From Oopsacas minuta (taxonomy: Eukaryota > Animalia > Porifera): a stretch of DNA of 64,000 bases. Positions 50,521 through 64,000 of this stretch are shown here, one piece after another. Where the stretch lies: assembly GCA_024704765.1 (NCBI GenBank), contig JAKMXF010000317.1:62001-126000 (forward strand). Direction: 5' to 3'. The translations under genes were made by a program, and so were the position numbers. The notes beneath the pieces are model-generated. The model searched no databases, was not told the DNA's origin, and worked only from the letters and a program-made list of their open reading frames with translations. How positions within the stretch are numbered: the stretch's first letter is position 1; each line of letters starts with the position of its first letter.

Positions 50521-52039
50521 TCACACATTCATACTGACAAAATAATTCTGACATTTGCTAAATGATGACGTCAGGACACTAGGTACACACTGCGTGCCTT
50601 GTAATTCTAACTTCAAACTTATTCATGTATATTGGTTAAGCAGTGATTAATCATTCGATTTTTTGTTAATCCAAAAAGGTTAGAATGACTTCATAATATC
50701 GTCATAGGTGTGAATTTTCGTCTAGACTTGAATTTGTCGATCCAGGCCCAAAGCCCCTGTATGCCAAAAATCAGCCCTGAGCGTCAACCAGTTCTTCAAT
50801 CAATTCAGTAAAAACAAACTTATACATAGAATATATATAATATATGCGGACGCGGAATTTGATCGGGATTTCTGAATTTGTAAAATTGAGATTTCAAAAT
50901 TTGGCCCAAAATCGGATTTCGGATTTCACCCAAATCTTTAAGGCAATATTGTGAGAGGTGAAGGAATATTTATTGAGTTTGTTACTAGCATGGCGTTACT
51001 TGTTGCATTTGTGTATTTTTATTCACTATAATCTAGGGTAGGAATTTACCCTCGAATTTGTGTCTATCTTGACCTGCAATTTTTTGGGGGGTTTTGTCTA
51101 CCCCTTGCTGTTTTATGGTGTCTTTGAAGTGATATTCTATCAAGGTAAACCATTTGGATCATACTTGATTCTTATTACTAATTTGGGTCAAATATTTATT
51201 TTTACATCTATTTATTATCCCTACTCACATATTTTGGGTTCAGATTCGATTTCGTATTTTCCATCTAATTATAACGTCAGGTATTTTTTGGCCAAAATCC
51301 GATGTTCCGATTTTCGATCTACTCCACCTCAAGCATTTTAGTTCAAAATCCGATATTTTGGTTTTTATTTCCAGCTTCTCATGATTATATAGCATATTCA
51401 GATTAATTATGTCATAATGGTATTGATATTCACTATGAAATATTTCATTAATTGTCATGTTCTATACTTCTTTTCCCTTATAGAATTCGATTACGGTCAT
51501 TTCATTTACGATCTAGAAAGTGATATTGTTGAGATATATCTAATGGATTACACTATAAATTTACACATGGTATTTCAAAATTTATTTGGTTGTTAATGTT
51601 TCAAATTCAATTATAACACATCACGGATATGCGAAATTCGAATTCAAAACAAAGAAACAAGCGAGACACAAAGTTACAGATTTCAATCGAGATTTCCTTA
51701 GCCAGCTACCTTCAGGCGAAAATTTACGTTTAATTCTTTATTCAATATTTGACCTAGTAGTAAAGTCATATATTGACTGAATTTAGCTTTTATGTAATCA
51801 AATATTAGAGGTTAAAATATCAATTAGAAAGTTTCGAAATACTTTATAAATGATATTCGTTTATATTAATTTAGCACCTTTATAAATACAATGCAGTCAT
51901 CTCCAGTTATAGAACACTTCTGCATCTAAATACCAGCATAAATCCAATATCTAAATTGTGCAAATATGGCCCTAAATAACCAATGGAAAATATTTTGTCA
52001 GAGTAACACAAAATTCATTGGTTATTACGAACTTCACTT

Positions 52040-52240
52040 CTAGCGAAGTAATTATTGAGGTCCCTTGTATTTGAATATACCGGGAGTAGACTGTTTAATC
52101 TTCTAGTTGTTTTTTGTAGGAGATCAATCACGCCTGCTATAACCACACCAGGAAAGTACCAAAAATTTAAATCCGTGAGTTTCTCTATAGATAAATTCTT
52201 AATTTCATTATGTATTCGTGTCTATGCCTGGTGTTTTGTG
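52040..52240 (+). pseudogene. Possible LINE ORF2 3'-end remnant
   Basis: SLVFEYTGSRLFNLL...KFK...DKFL resembles S....GPRLFN.LP...FK..LDKFL at LINE ORF2 ends. Confidence 0.35.
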
Positions 52241-54046
52241 TGATTGTGATGAACCATACAAGTGTTGCCAACCTTTTGGTGAAACGATTATGACTGTGGC
52301 AACTTTAACTAAATATTCAATTATTCTTGCAAATCCATCCAGTTTTTTGGCAGATATTCTTGAAAATGAACTCAATTACTGTGGCAAATACACCTAAAAA
52401 TTCATTTTTTCTTGCAAATCGACATTAGAAAGGAACTTAAGTAATTATTTTGGCAATAGGCATATAATGTAGTGTAGTTTCGTATATTACGCTAAAGTTG
52501 AAATTGTGAGTGAAACATTTCTCTAAATCTCTTGTTATTTTGTACAGGTGGATGATATCCTAGTCCTTTTATACCTATTTAGATGTTGTCCTATGTCATT
52601 TTGAAATACCCTGAATTAACAAACTCATTGTGCTTTGCTGTATCCTAAGTATTGAGTGATAATTGTCCAGCAGATTTTGCAGAAATATATTCGAATCTTT
52701 TGAAGTTCAATTCTTTTCAATGAACCCTAATTCCTACAGTAAATAGTTTTTGTTTTACAGTGGTTTTCACTTATAAGAACACCTCTAGAATTAGCAAAAT
52801 ATGTTCTTATACCCGATGTACATAATATTTGAGTATATGAGGACCTTTACCACAAGATGGTTCTTATATTTAATATAGTAAAAAAATGGAGTTCAAATAA
52901 GTTATACCTTTATATCTAAGTTGTTTACTACGTTTCAATGAAGAGGTATCACTTATAACAAGTACATAACTTCTATTAGGCTATTTTTGCAATATGTTTT
53001 GAATCTAAACAGTAATTCTCGAATGGTTAATGAGAAATCTCCACATAGTTAACAACATTCTTTAATACTTGATGATATAGTTAACCAAATTCTATAATAC
53101 CTAATAATAATGTGACTTATACAAGTCTAACAATGCCAAAATCTCATATTTCGAGGTTAACCTACACGTTTACTACGTATTATATAACTTAGCTTTATAT
53201 TCGTATATACGTATAGTAAGGTATACGTTTATGCACCTTTATGAGATTTCCAAAAACTGTACTCTACTACAGCTCAGCTATTTATAAAGAAGCTCATTAG
53301 TTACAGGGGCATTCAATATATACTAATCACTGTATATTTTTAATGAAATAGCAGTTCTAAGCTAGTATTTCTCAGTGCAATTATATAGAACCATATTTCA
53401 ACTTTCTAACAAAACTTAGAGAGAGTTGATCACTTAATTCTTTCTTAAGTTTCAGTTATTTTTAGAAACCTACATTTTCTCCTTTACATTTTTCATGGCT
53501 TCTTGTCCAAATTTTTCGGAACTTGAACAACGAACGTACATCAAATTTCGCACCAGAATCATGGTTGGTCAATGTTTGATTATTAGTCTCAATGACATCT
53601 GAATCGAGGTCCAGGTTGCCAATAGAAATGCTTAAAAAAGACTGTTCTGCCATACTACATTTGTATTCAGTGCGACATCTTTTACCAAAGAACTATGTTA
53701 TGCTACTTCGGTAAGATTCTTTCGCCATTTCGGTAATCTATTTCATTAAAAATAAAAAATTAGTAGGTTGACATTTGCCTCCATTTACAACAACTATAAA
53801 CTTAAAATTATACATTTGGTTGGTCTATAATTACAAAGTACTTCTCTATAAATTGGAAATGGAATTAGGACAGTTTTCAATGGAAATATATAGCATTTCT
53901 GAATTTGATGTGCAGATACGAAATTAGCTTTTATAAAGGGAAATATTTAGTATAACAAGCCTGATATTTAGGGGGGCTAAGCAGCCCCCAAATTATATTC
54001 AGGGGGGCCTATAGCCCCCGTAGCCCCTGTGGTTCCGCCGCCACTG

Positions 54047-54600
54047 ACAGCCAGGAATCAGTTCTTTCAATGAGATATGGCCTTTGACTCAAGTGAAAAC
54101 GTGCTTTTTCCCCTCTCTCAGTCTGTTTATAATAAGCTTCAGTCCTTCGGACTTCAGTAAGAATATCATAATTATCGAATTTCACTTTAACGATGCGCAT
54201 GCTACCTTCCTTAGTATTTGGCCCACCTGAATTCGTTGGATGGTCTTTCCAACATCTGGTTAGCGATTTGTAAGAAAATGCATCTCCTCTTAGCAGATAA
54301 TTTGAGGAAAAATAATAGGCTTCTAAATTGAATGTGGAAAGAAATACTCATATCCAATTTGTCTTTAGAACAATTTAATCTTGAGTCGCAAGGATTTTCG
54401 AGGACAACAAACTTAGTAGAGGCATGACATTGTGGATTTCAAAGCGCATGTGGATGTCATCATCACCTTCAATTTGGAAATACATCGATTGGCTTGAAAC
54501 CGGGCAAGGAAATGATGAATTGAAGCAATTCACATTCGTCCAAGCAGAGACGGACTGGAACAACATAAGCTAGATCAGAAACATAAAGCTGTTGCTCAGT
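54047..54600 (+). pseudogene. Older MULE transposase fragment related to 20204-21504
   Basis: ISSFNEIWPLTQVKTCFFPLSQ, RTTNLVEA*HCGF and PSIWKYID correspond to AINSFEHVWPNTVVNCCFFHLTQ, RTTNAVEAWHRSF and PTIWKFL. Abuts a hAT-MITE-like end (gccgccactg, 54046). Confidence 0.7.
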
Positions 54601-55073
54601 AACATAGCAATCGAAACACCTAGTATTCATATAATCAACAAATTCACATATGAGAAAATTGAAATGCGAAATTCTAATTCAGCGTACTTGATTACTGGCC
54701 TGTTGAGCCCAGGATAATATGTTGAATCGTTATCTCTAGCATACGTAAATTTTACATTAGAATGCATGAAATATGATTGATCACTAAAATGTGTGAAAAT
54801 ATACACAATTAATGATTTTCCTATGTCAGCGGGATACGTAACTACGTAAACGTAACTACAAACATACCTGTTGCGACACCCAGTTTGAATGTATTTTTGG
54901 ATACTTCTAATCTCATTTCCATTCGATCGATCTGTTCAATTTGAAATATTAGCCCCAGGGCTATATCTCTGAATTCTAATTTATCAATTTGTGTACTCTA
55001 ACACATGTCTGTTATTAGAACTCTATTCCTGATTTATATATCCCTACACGTTTAAACTAGTCTTATTTTGTAG

Positions 55074-55131
55074 ATTCTGATGGAAGTTATCGGCGACCCG
55101 AGCTGGCGGCATCCACATGTTCGACACAGAG
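55074..55131 (+). other. Candidate orphan 58-bp exon
   Basis: GC-rich island between ttattttgtAG and GTaagt; open frames ILMEVIGDPSWRHPHVRHR or SDGSYRRPELAASTCSTQ. Confidence 0.45.
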
Positions 55132-55162
55132 GTAAGTTTCCAAGTTTCCTTATTATTTCGTG

Positions 55163-55282
55163 CAGCGGTTCCAGACCATTTCAGCTGTAGACCCTATATA
55201 CCAATTTATCATATCTTGCGGAACCCCTGCTATCGTTCGTGGACCACCAAGGGGTCCATGGACCCCAGTTTGGGAACCGCTC
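55163..55282. mobile_element. 120-bp Charlie-like hAT MITE
   Basis: cagcggttcc...gggaaccgctc with imperfect 8-bp flanks atttcgtg and atttagtt (6/8). Confidence 0.5.
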
Positions 55283-57533
55283 ATTTAGTTTAACTACTCT
55301 CAATATTCGCTTTGTTATTATTCAGAACTTGTCTAACATCTCTACTTATTGTACGTACCATGAAAATGTTAATAATCGAACTTGCAGAGATAATTGTTGG
55401 TATTCAAACCCTCCTGTTACATTATATTTGTAGTTGAAAGTATTTTTATCTGGTCGATCTGTTTTGGACGAAATGGACCCCCTTCTACTACATTAAGATC
55501 ATTCCTTTGATACAAGATTAGTATTATCATTAGCTTACATTCTGTTTTTTTGTGCCAGTTAGACAATGTTCTTGAATTTTTGAATTGTTGCATTATTTAT
55601 ATCAATTACATAGTGTCAACAAATGTGATAGCTAGTTAGTAATACTCACTCTTTTAATGCAAAAAGAAAAAAGACAATTCAATAGATAACTAAGAATGGG
55701 GACTTGGGAAATTTATGAAAAGCTGTATGGGCATAGTAATACCGATCGTAGTGGCCTTACAGCTATGAAGAAAATTGATTATTACGTACAAACAGTTCTA
55801 CTGGACCACACATAGGCCACGCAATTAATCTTGCCTAATGAATTAGTATTGGGATTCGAATCAACGTGCTTAATTTTCGATTGTTCCATACCATCGTATG
55901 TATATCAGTCATCTTGTAATTTGATTCTAAGTGAGAAATGTAAATCTTTATGTACATTTTATGCGAGTAGAGAGTAATGTAGTATTTCTTGATCGTAAGG
56001 AATGTATATTTCATTTTCTATGTCTTTTTCACGAATTCGAGAACTTATTAAGATGACCAATCTCAAAGATGAGAAGAGGAGGCACTTGAACAAATTTCTG
56101 GATCAAACATTCTAAATTGGCATTTGAATCTCGACATTATATACATGAAGAACTTTATTTGATTTGGGTATCGATGGTCTTTTGGCAACTCCTTTCAAAA
56201 GCTGACACATATGTCAAGCTTCTTCTCTGATTGACAACAACAATTCCAGCACTGGAAGGTGACTTCATAACAATCGAAGCAGTGATGTTATTTAGTTATT
56301 AACTGAACAATTGCTCCCTCTTAACAAAGGAAGTCATACCGAAAGTTGACAATTTGTAGGAGCAAGCTCTGTCAGCATTTTCTTGAATTCATGATAACAA
56401 ATATGTGATAACATAGTTTGCATACCCTGGGTTAGAGAAACATTTGCTAACTGATTAGCCTCAGAGGCTTCATGCGAGTGCAACTTGGAAGAGTTAGGAA
56501 ATCGTCAACAGGACATGTATTGACTGATTCACTTCCTTCTAATTAAGCACTCCAAGTGACATATGAATCTTCCACTTCAGCTGATGTAGGTGAGGTAATA
56601 TAGTACAATCACTGTTTGACTTTGCCTGAGAATTTGCTAGTAACTGTTGAATAACAGGGAGAAGAACTATAGTAGCATAAGCCATGCTCTGTCTTGTACT
56701 GCGAGTGGATAACTGGAAATCTTCATTCGTGTATTGGTATTCAGGTTTTTACTTCAAAACTATCCAAATACCATTGTGCCAACAGGTTAGACATTTCGTA
56801 GGCTGTTTCTAATTGATTTTCTTGGCGATAAGCTGTATAAGTGAATGTGTACCGGTAAGTCTGCAAATGGAATAATTCATGAGATTTCATGTCGCGTCGC
56901 ATGTGGAGTTCTCGATCCAGATCAGTGGGGGGAATATTTGTCCTGATAGAGTTGATAATTGACTTTTCATTGATCTGTGTCTATCAATTGTATTTTGGTG
57001 TGTTTGTGTAGGAAATGGTATCGTAGCAAGTAACGTTATCTCGGAGCCAATGGGCAGTGCATCTTAAGTTTGTAAATCCTCAATCATGGAGTCGTCTATT
57101 TCTTCCGAATTGTCATGAAATTCGTCTCCTTTGTTCTTATGGTACATATTTTTGATGAAGACTTCCTGTTTCCTTAAGGTTATTGAAGGTGATCAGGTTG
57201 ATTTTCTTGTCATATCGTCTCTTCATCAATTCTTTGAGTGTATTAGAGATTCACCTGCTACAGCATCATCCTTAGCTCGTCCAGCGTGCCTGAACTCAAC
57301 CAATCCTGTTTCATCTTCACCAGTATCATGCCACAGCGATTGTGATTCTTCAACATCAATATCAAATTTCTAATCAATATCTAAATGATTTATCATTTGA
57401 TTAACCATATTTTCAACCATTTTTACATATTTCAAATTGTACTAGAGATTTCCTTTCAAAGGTTAGACAGGTGATAATTGCAGAATAATTATACAGAATT
57501 TTACTCATATTATTTGAGGATAAACATGAAGTA

Positions 57534-60500
57534 CAGGGTGGCCCATAAGTTCTGTCCCACAGATAAAAGGCCATAATTTTCGCAAAGCTCAATGAAATGA
57601 CTTAAAATCTTAACACAATAACGTACACATTATTTGGATAATAATTTATTATGCCTATTCAATATATCCACCTTTTTTCATAATTACAGCCCTAAGTAGT
57701 GAAGCAACCGCCTCTATTGTCATTTGCATGGTTTCCTGGCAGATTTCACTTCAAGCACGTATTATTAATCGCTTCAGGGCCTCCAAATTTTTCTGGGATT
57801 CACAACGAGCCTTTGTTTGTAATACAGTGGAAGCCGGTTAATCGGGACACCTCGGGAGTCAATGTTTTGTCCCGATCATCCGATTGTCCCGATTACCGAT
57901 TATGATTTATTAAAGTTTCAAAACTAGTTTTCATGGTTCCAGACCATTATCAGAAACATTTTACTTCACTACTACTACTATATTCTGATCTATTTAGGGT
58001 ATATTAGGGATAAGTTGTTGTAGTAAGGGTATAGTCTCGTTTCAAGAGGCCATAAAAACTGCATTACTCAAGAATAGCTAAATATCTTTGAAAGTAAAAA
58101 CTATATATTAACGAAAAAAGGGTCCATTGTAGCCTGTTTTTACTGTAAATGACTTCGTCATGAACTTGGGTATCTATCTGCTGGAGCATAGGTAGTAAAT
58201 TAGTCATACCATTCAACTGAATGAAAATTCTCAAATGATCGACCACTTGTAACTTTTGTTCTAGAGAGAGCCTAAGGTTATCACCATCACCATCATCATC
58301 ACCATCACTCTCAGAATCCTCTATTCTGATCTTCTTTCTTGTCATGTTCAACAATTCTACATCAGATAAATCCCCACCACAGGTATTTCACTACCTATTG
58401 TAATAAAGTTTCAAACTCTTCTAGTGACATGTTGAATGGTAGATAAACGTCATCTAACATATGATCATCGTCAAGATTAAATTCATATCCTTCTGATTGA
58501 ATGAAATCACGTGGAACGAACCCACCTTTTTGATAACATTTTGCTATTGTATTACCTTCTACAGCATCCCACGACATCCTACATAAGTAAAGTGCGTCTA
58601 AAAGAGTAATTGATTTAGCTATATCAAGGGCACGCAAACTGAGATTGCCATCCATTGCATTGATAATTCTTGAATTCAAGCGACTTTTATAATTATCCTT
58701 CCAGTTTTTTATCACACCCATATCCATTGGCTGCATTATGCTTGTAGTGTTAGCAGGCAGGAATTTTAGACATATATTGGTCAATGAAACACTCTTTGGG
58801 TGAGCAGAACAGTTGTCCACTAAAAGACATATATTCCTCTTGTTCATTCTAAGAGAGCTATCTCACCTTCTTATCCACTTCTCGAAGATGAATCCCGTCA
58901 TCCAGGCGTTTTTTGTTGCTTCGTATCGAATAGGGAGCTTTGATAAATCTTTAGGGAATGAACGCGGTTGTTTACTCTTTCCAATAGCAAGGAGGGGGTA
59001 CTTCTCCGTACCACACATATTAGCACAAAGCATTACTGTAACCCTGTCTTTAGCCTTCTTTCCTCCAGGTAAATCGGTACCTTTGATGCTATATCCCTTA
59101 TCAGGAAAACATCTGAAATACAACCCCGTCTCGTCGCATTAAATATGTTTTCTGGAGTAAAATCATCCATGATTGTAGGAAGAATAGTGCTCTTCCAATC
59201 TTCAACCCTTTCAATACTAGCATCTTGTTTTCTCCTTGTTCTTGCTTATAGATTAGATCGTGACGAAGTTTCCACCGTCCCAGCCACCCATCAGAAGGAA
59301 TAAAATCAGAACCATTGGCGAGAGCAATTTCAGTTGCTTTTTGTCTCAAAATTACTCCTGAAATGCGCGCACCTTGTGTTAATTTTTGTTTAAGCCACAA
59401 AAATAGAGCATTACCAACATCTTCTTCTTTAGATTTTCTTTGACGTTTGCGCATTCCATTACCACTATCTTCAAATTGTTCAAATATTTCGTCTTTCAAT
59501 GATACTAATCTTGATACTTGTGAAGTAGAGATACCGTACTTGACTGCTACGCTTTTCTGAGTAACACGACCTCTAACTTCGAACTCCTTTAGTAATTTAA
59601 CTTTCTCCTGTAGTGCCAGATCATTCCGTGATTTAGAAGTTGTCATGGAGAGTTGTGCTACGGTTACGATATTAGGTAGAAAAGTAAATAATTAAAGTTT
59701 AAACAATTACTGTAAACTCAATTATCCGTACTCCATAGGACCATCCAAAACGTTTGGATAACCAAGAATCTGGATTATTGAGGTAATTTATGCATGGTGG
59801 AATAGGGAATGCGACCTGAGGCGGTGAGCAAAGTTATCATCTTAGTTTTGTAAATTGTATCGAATTGGTGTTGTTGATTGTAGAATATTAAAATACTTAG
59901 TTTTAAAACCAAACCACATTACAATGATTATAAATAAATATACAATTTGGATTAATTGGGATTTCCATCCCAATTAACCGAGTATGAACTTTCATATAAT
60001 CGGTTAATCGGGATAAGAAATCCCAATTGAACCGATTAGGAACTTTCAAATTTTCAGTTAATCGGGATAAAAAATCCCGATTAACCGATTCGCTGTCGCA
60101 CTTATCCGACCAGTTTTCTATGTAAAAAATCTGTTCCCCAACTTTTGTCCCGTTTAAGCGGATATCCCGATTATCCGAGTCCCGATCAAGCGGCTTCCAC
60201 TGTATAGACCAAACTGAGAAGTCTAGAAGGTTAAGGTCCAGACTAGATGGGAGTCATCCCTGTTTGGAAATAAAGTCGGGAATTTCGGAGTGAAGCCAGC
60301 TTTGAGTGGTATTTGCTGTATGAGCAGGGCACCGTCTTGTTGGAACAATAGGGGTTCATTGTTAAACATCGACTTGCTAAGTTCTTTGACTATAAGCTTT
60401 AGAACAAGGTTATGGTAAGTTTGAGCATTTATTTTTACCCCAGTTGGGATGAAAACTATCGGAGTCCGGCCAAGTGAGGATATTCCAGCCCAAACCTTAA

Positions 60501-61221
60501 CATATCATGGTTTCTGTACTCTTTTTACATATCTGGACTCCTCAGGGATGGCAGACGCTGTAGAAGACAATTTTCTGTCGTTTTGTTGATTATAAGCTTC
60601 CTCTACTGTAAATAATATCTCATCTGAGAACAGGGCGTGATCAAGACCTTGGATAGCGAACCGGCCAATGAGACCTTTGCTTCTCTTCAGCCTCTTCTCC
60701 TTCATTACCTTTGAAATATAGTGTACTTTACGTTTTGTAAATGAGGATAAATCCATGTCTCTTTTGATAATTCTTTGGAAGGAAGAATGATGTACCTTGA
60801 GCTCTGCAGCCATTTTTTCACCGATCGACTGGGATTTCGTCATACACGACCTCTTACGTTCTTCTTCATCTTTGCTGTCGTTGTAAATGCGGGACGACCA
60901 GATCTGGGCTTGTCAGAGACGCTGCCAGTATCCTTATACCTATTAATGGTACGGTATACAAACTTTCGCCTCGTTTTAGGAATATTGAGAATCTTCAAAA
61001 TTTCACTTTGATCTTTCCCTTTCGATATCATTTGATAATTGTCAACCTTTGCGTTTCCATCGGGGAATTTGTCTAGATAAAACTATGAGATGTTAAGATG
61101 AATAGTTTAGAATATTTATACGACTATATAGAAGCATGAAAAGCAAAACCAATTACCTAGCTTTACCATAAAATCTATTGTCATGTGTTAAAGTATGGGA
61201 CAGAACTTATGGGCCACCCTG
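57534..61221 (-). mobile_element. DD37D (maT-type) element interrupted by pogo
   Basis: 26-bp TIR cagggtggcccataagttctgtccca with TA TSDs. ALFSDEILF, FQQDG and DLNLLDFSVW; the frame resumes as LQTKA beyond the pogo. Confidence 0.9.
57825..60202 (-). mobile_element. pogo/Tigger DD30D element, pseudogenised
   Basis: Termini cagtggaagccg and cggcttccactg with TA TSDs. ORFs 59646-58064 include LLVDNCSAH...QPMDMG. Confidence 0.93.
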
Positions 61222-61722
61222 TACACTGGGGAGGAAAATATTGAATATCCTGAAGTATTCCTCAAATCCAAGTCCCGAAAATCAGTTTGGTCCGGTGCAT
61301 GTCGGGGTAAATACACGGGGGCAGGAGTGCATTTGTGGTTAAAGTTGATTGATAAATTGGAAAGTTCGACGAACTTGAAAATTGACAGGCATATGGAATG
61401 TGATCTAAGCGATATCTCATAAGCTCTCGAAGATATGGGTCGGAATGTTAATGTTGTGACCTATTAGTTTTGATGGTTTACCAATTGAGAAATCCTACCC
61501 TGTCAGATCTTAGTCTCAAACATAGGATAATTTGAAGGGAAATAATTCATCTATGGTTCCAATTTCGCAAAATTCTTAAATTCAATTGGATAAACACTTT
61601 CAATTAAAATTTTATGCTATAAGTAGCTAATGTAACCCCTATATCGAGTCGTTTACAACTAATCTAAACTCATATGTACTATTTTAATTGAATGTGTGTT
61701 GTAATTCTTAACTGAGACTGTA

Positions 61723-63042
61723 CAGTCTGTTCATAATTATTTAGAATGGAGATGTTTGTTACAAAAACCTCAGTACTTTGTCTTACTTCACTCAGGCTAC
61801 TTGTGTTTCGCTGTCCATAATGGCTTAATGACATATTTTGCTAAAATTCCCTGAACCAAGTCATTATCTTATTTTTCCGGAAATTTTACTCTTTAATATT
61901 AATTATGACCTCCTTTACTATTATCTACCTTAATTATTTCCCTACTTGACAATTAGCTCTGAAAATGACTCAATACGAGAAGAGGGAAATTGTGAAGACA
62001 CTTCTACAATCCAGGAAGCTTTTGCCCAAGGAAATCTCTGTTAATTATGGAATTTCCTCAGCTACAGTTTACAATGTTAAACGCCGATTAGATGAAGGTG
62101 TACCGCTATCTCACCAAAAGGGCACAGGGAGACCCAATAACTTGCGATCTTCCATCAAATTGTCTATTCTTCACTAGGTACGATGTAAACCATACCTCTC
62201 TTTACGAACATTAGCAAGTCGTACAGGTAATGAGGCTTCCTATCAGACTGTCCGGAGAATGTTGAAGGACCAATCTTACAACAAACCTTACCCTGTTCAG
62301 ATCCCTATGCTGAGTGAAAAAATCGCATGTACCGGATAGAATGGGCAAAAAAGTACAAATACCCGAAGAAACAATGGTCCCAAACAACATTTCTTGACGA
62401 GATGTCAATCTGGCTCTCAAGGGGAAGATTAAGGATGTGGACAAAATCCAACAAAAAATGGATCGCCCCAACATTGAAGCATGTCCGAAAGATACACGTG
62501 TCGGTTGCATTCTCATCTATGGGTACATTCCCATTGTGTGTTTTCACTAACAATATGAACAGTGAAATGTTTTTAGATATAATGGGAGGATATTTGATAA
62601 CTCATGCACAGGTATATCATGAAAGTCACTGGCGATTGGTGATGGATAATTATCCAAAACACACCTCGCAAAAGGTCTGCACCTGGTTGGCACAAAATGT
62701 AGCAAATCAGATTCCATGGCCTTCACAAAGTCCAGATTCTAACCCCATTTAAAATTTATTCGCATGGGTGAAGCGAGAGATACTTAAGCTAGGTCCAAGG
62801 ACAATTCCAGAACTGAAACTAAATTTAGAAGCGGTCTGGAATCGTATTCAACCAGATTTTCTCAACCTTACTGGGAATCAATGCCCAGAAGATGCCAACT
62901 AGTAGTAGAGGGCAACGGGTATCCTATTGATTATTAAGATCTATTACTTCACTCTCAATTTGGGGCATATATGGCAATGTATACTATAACTCTAATAATT
63001 TTCGGCTTAAGTAACAGGTCTGAATAAATATATAACAAACTG
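61723..63042 (+). mobile_element. Tc1 DD34E element, decayed
   Basis: Transposase from 61965: GTGRP, TFLDEM, VMDNYPKH and WPSQSPDSNPI* (catalytic E is now TAA, 34 spacing). TIRs degenerate, so ends are approximate. Confidence 0.8.
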
Positions 63043-64000
63043 CATATTGATTGGATTTGAATTTAATACAGGCACTAATAGGAATCTTGATCTGATAACT
63101 GATTTGTTATCAGTCATATAGTTACCAGTATAGTATGTACATATTTTAGAGGCGCCCGACGAGTGTTCGCACAAGCCACGCAGCGGCTTGTGTATATTGA
63201 AACAGAGAACCGAAATAATAGTGAATGCTTTATACAGAGTTATAGTTGATATAATTGGATCAGTCATCCTTATGATTTATAACTCTACGATTATATATGA
63301 AGAGTAGCAATTAGGCTATTCCAATTGAGTGCCCTTTAAATTCGATTTTTCCTTGACTGTACCCCCGTAGCCTAATATTTTGTTTTGTTTTTACCATTTT
63401 CACATAGATACATTGGTTCATTTGTTTACTTTTGGGAGGTAAACTATTTTGTGAAGTAAATAAGTTATGATGTACATCAAATTATTGAACGAACAAAAAC
63501 AGGCTATGACATTCTGTATATGTAAGAAATATGCGAGAAACTTACAAGAAAATATTAGGCCGGGAGTCGATCCCGTAAAATCGTGTTTAAAGATCATTTA
63601 GAGGGTCGATATGTATATAACTGGACTCAGGTCGCCTAGCGGCATCGAACATGGGGCCACTCGATGGGGTTAAGACTAATTTTGAGAATGGAATGTTGTG
63701 ACATTCAGATTCGTGAGGAATTTTGCGTTCTAGGAAAAAGATCTCTTCAAATATGGTTTGAACTGACCATTTGAACGACGAGAATTATTATGCTGAAGAC
63801 GAATATTCGGCATATATAATTGATTCACATAAAAATTGTGTACTTTGTATGCGTTTTTAAGGCGTAAAATGCTATGTAATTATATTGTCGTCATAATTTT
63901 GTGTATTTAAAATGAGAACCATGGTTATCAAAGTCCTTGAGTCACAATATATCCGATAATATAGTGCGGCATATCTCCTAAGATTCCTCGACGAAATTAC

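Noticed and set aside
45700-50800. TIRs for the P-like locus
   Set aside because: No matching CA...TG termini with a 7-8-bp TSD found by eye.
53495-53560. mariner N-terminus MASCPNFSELEQRTYIKFRT
   Set aside because: Resembles the start of the mariner at 26495, but only about 20 codons with no TIR or continuation.
616-63267. Most 60-110-aa ORFs in the supplied track as genes
   Set aside because: They are antisense or alternative frames of transposase pseudogenes, or chance ORFs in AT-rich DNA.
63555-63680. tRNA or SINE-like motif (ggagtcgatccc)
   Set aside because: No A-box or cloverleaf could be built.
1-64000. Bacterial IS630/IS1595/IS256 interpretation
   Set aside because: Spliceosomal introns, a eukaryote-specific gene, and BED/THAP/FLYWCH/CENP-B domains indicate eukaryotic superfamilies.

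Overview
AT-rich eukaryotic (animal-like, probably invertebrate) genomic DNA, not prokaryotic; the organism cannot be determined from the window. One host gene is recognisable: PPP1R7/sds22 (PP1 regulatory subunit 7, LRR protein) on the minus strand. Its two coding exons (44902-44433 and 7960-7477) splice in frame (GT-AG, phase 2) into a 317-aa protein across a 36,472-bp intron. The intron and flanks are packed with DNA transposons, many nested and several with exact TIRs and TSDs: Tc1/mariner (DD34D, DD34E, three DD37D, three DD37E, pogo DD30D plus derivatives), hAT (one with an intact 564-aa transposase), MULE (one with an internal inverted duplication), Merlin, an intron-containing P-like THAP transposase, Chapaev3, a Helitron fragment, foldback MITEs and possible LINE scraps. 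No rRNA, tRNA or CRISPR array was found. I found no evidence for a new multi-gene system. The notable signals are structural: the giant TE-filled intron, a multi-level transposon nest with a reconstructable order of events, templated hairpins at rearrangement junctions, and a candidate 7.3-kb NOF-like element. All family assignments come from manual motif recognition, not database searches.
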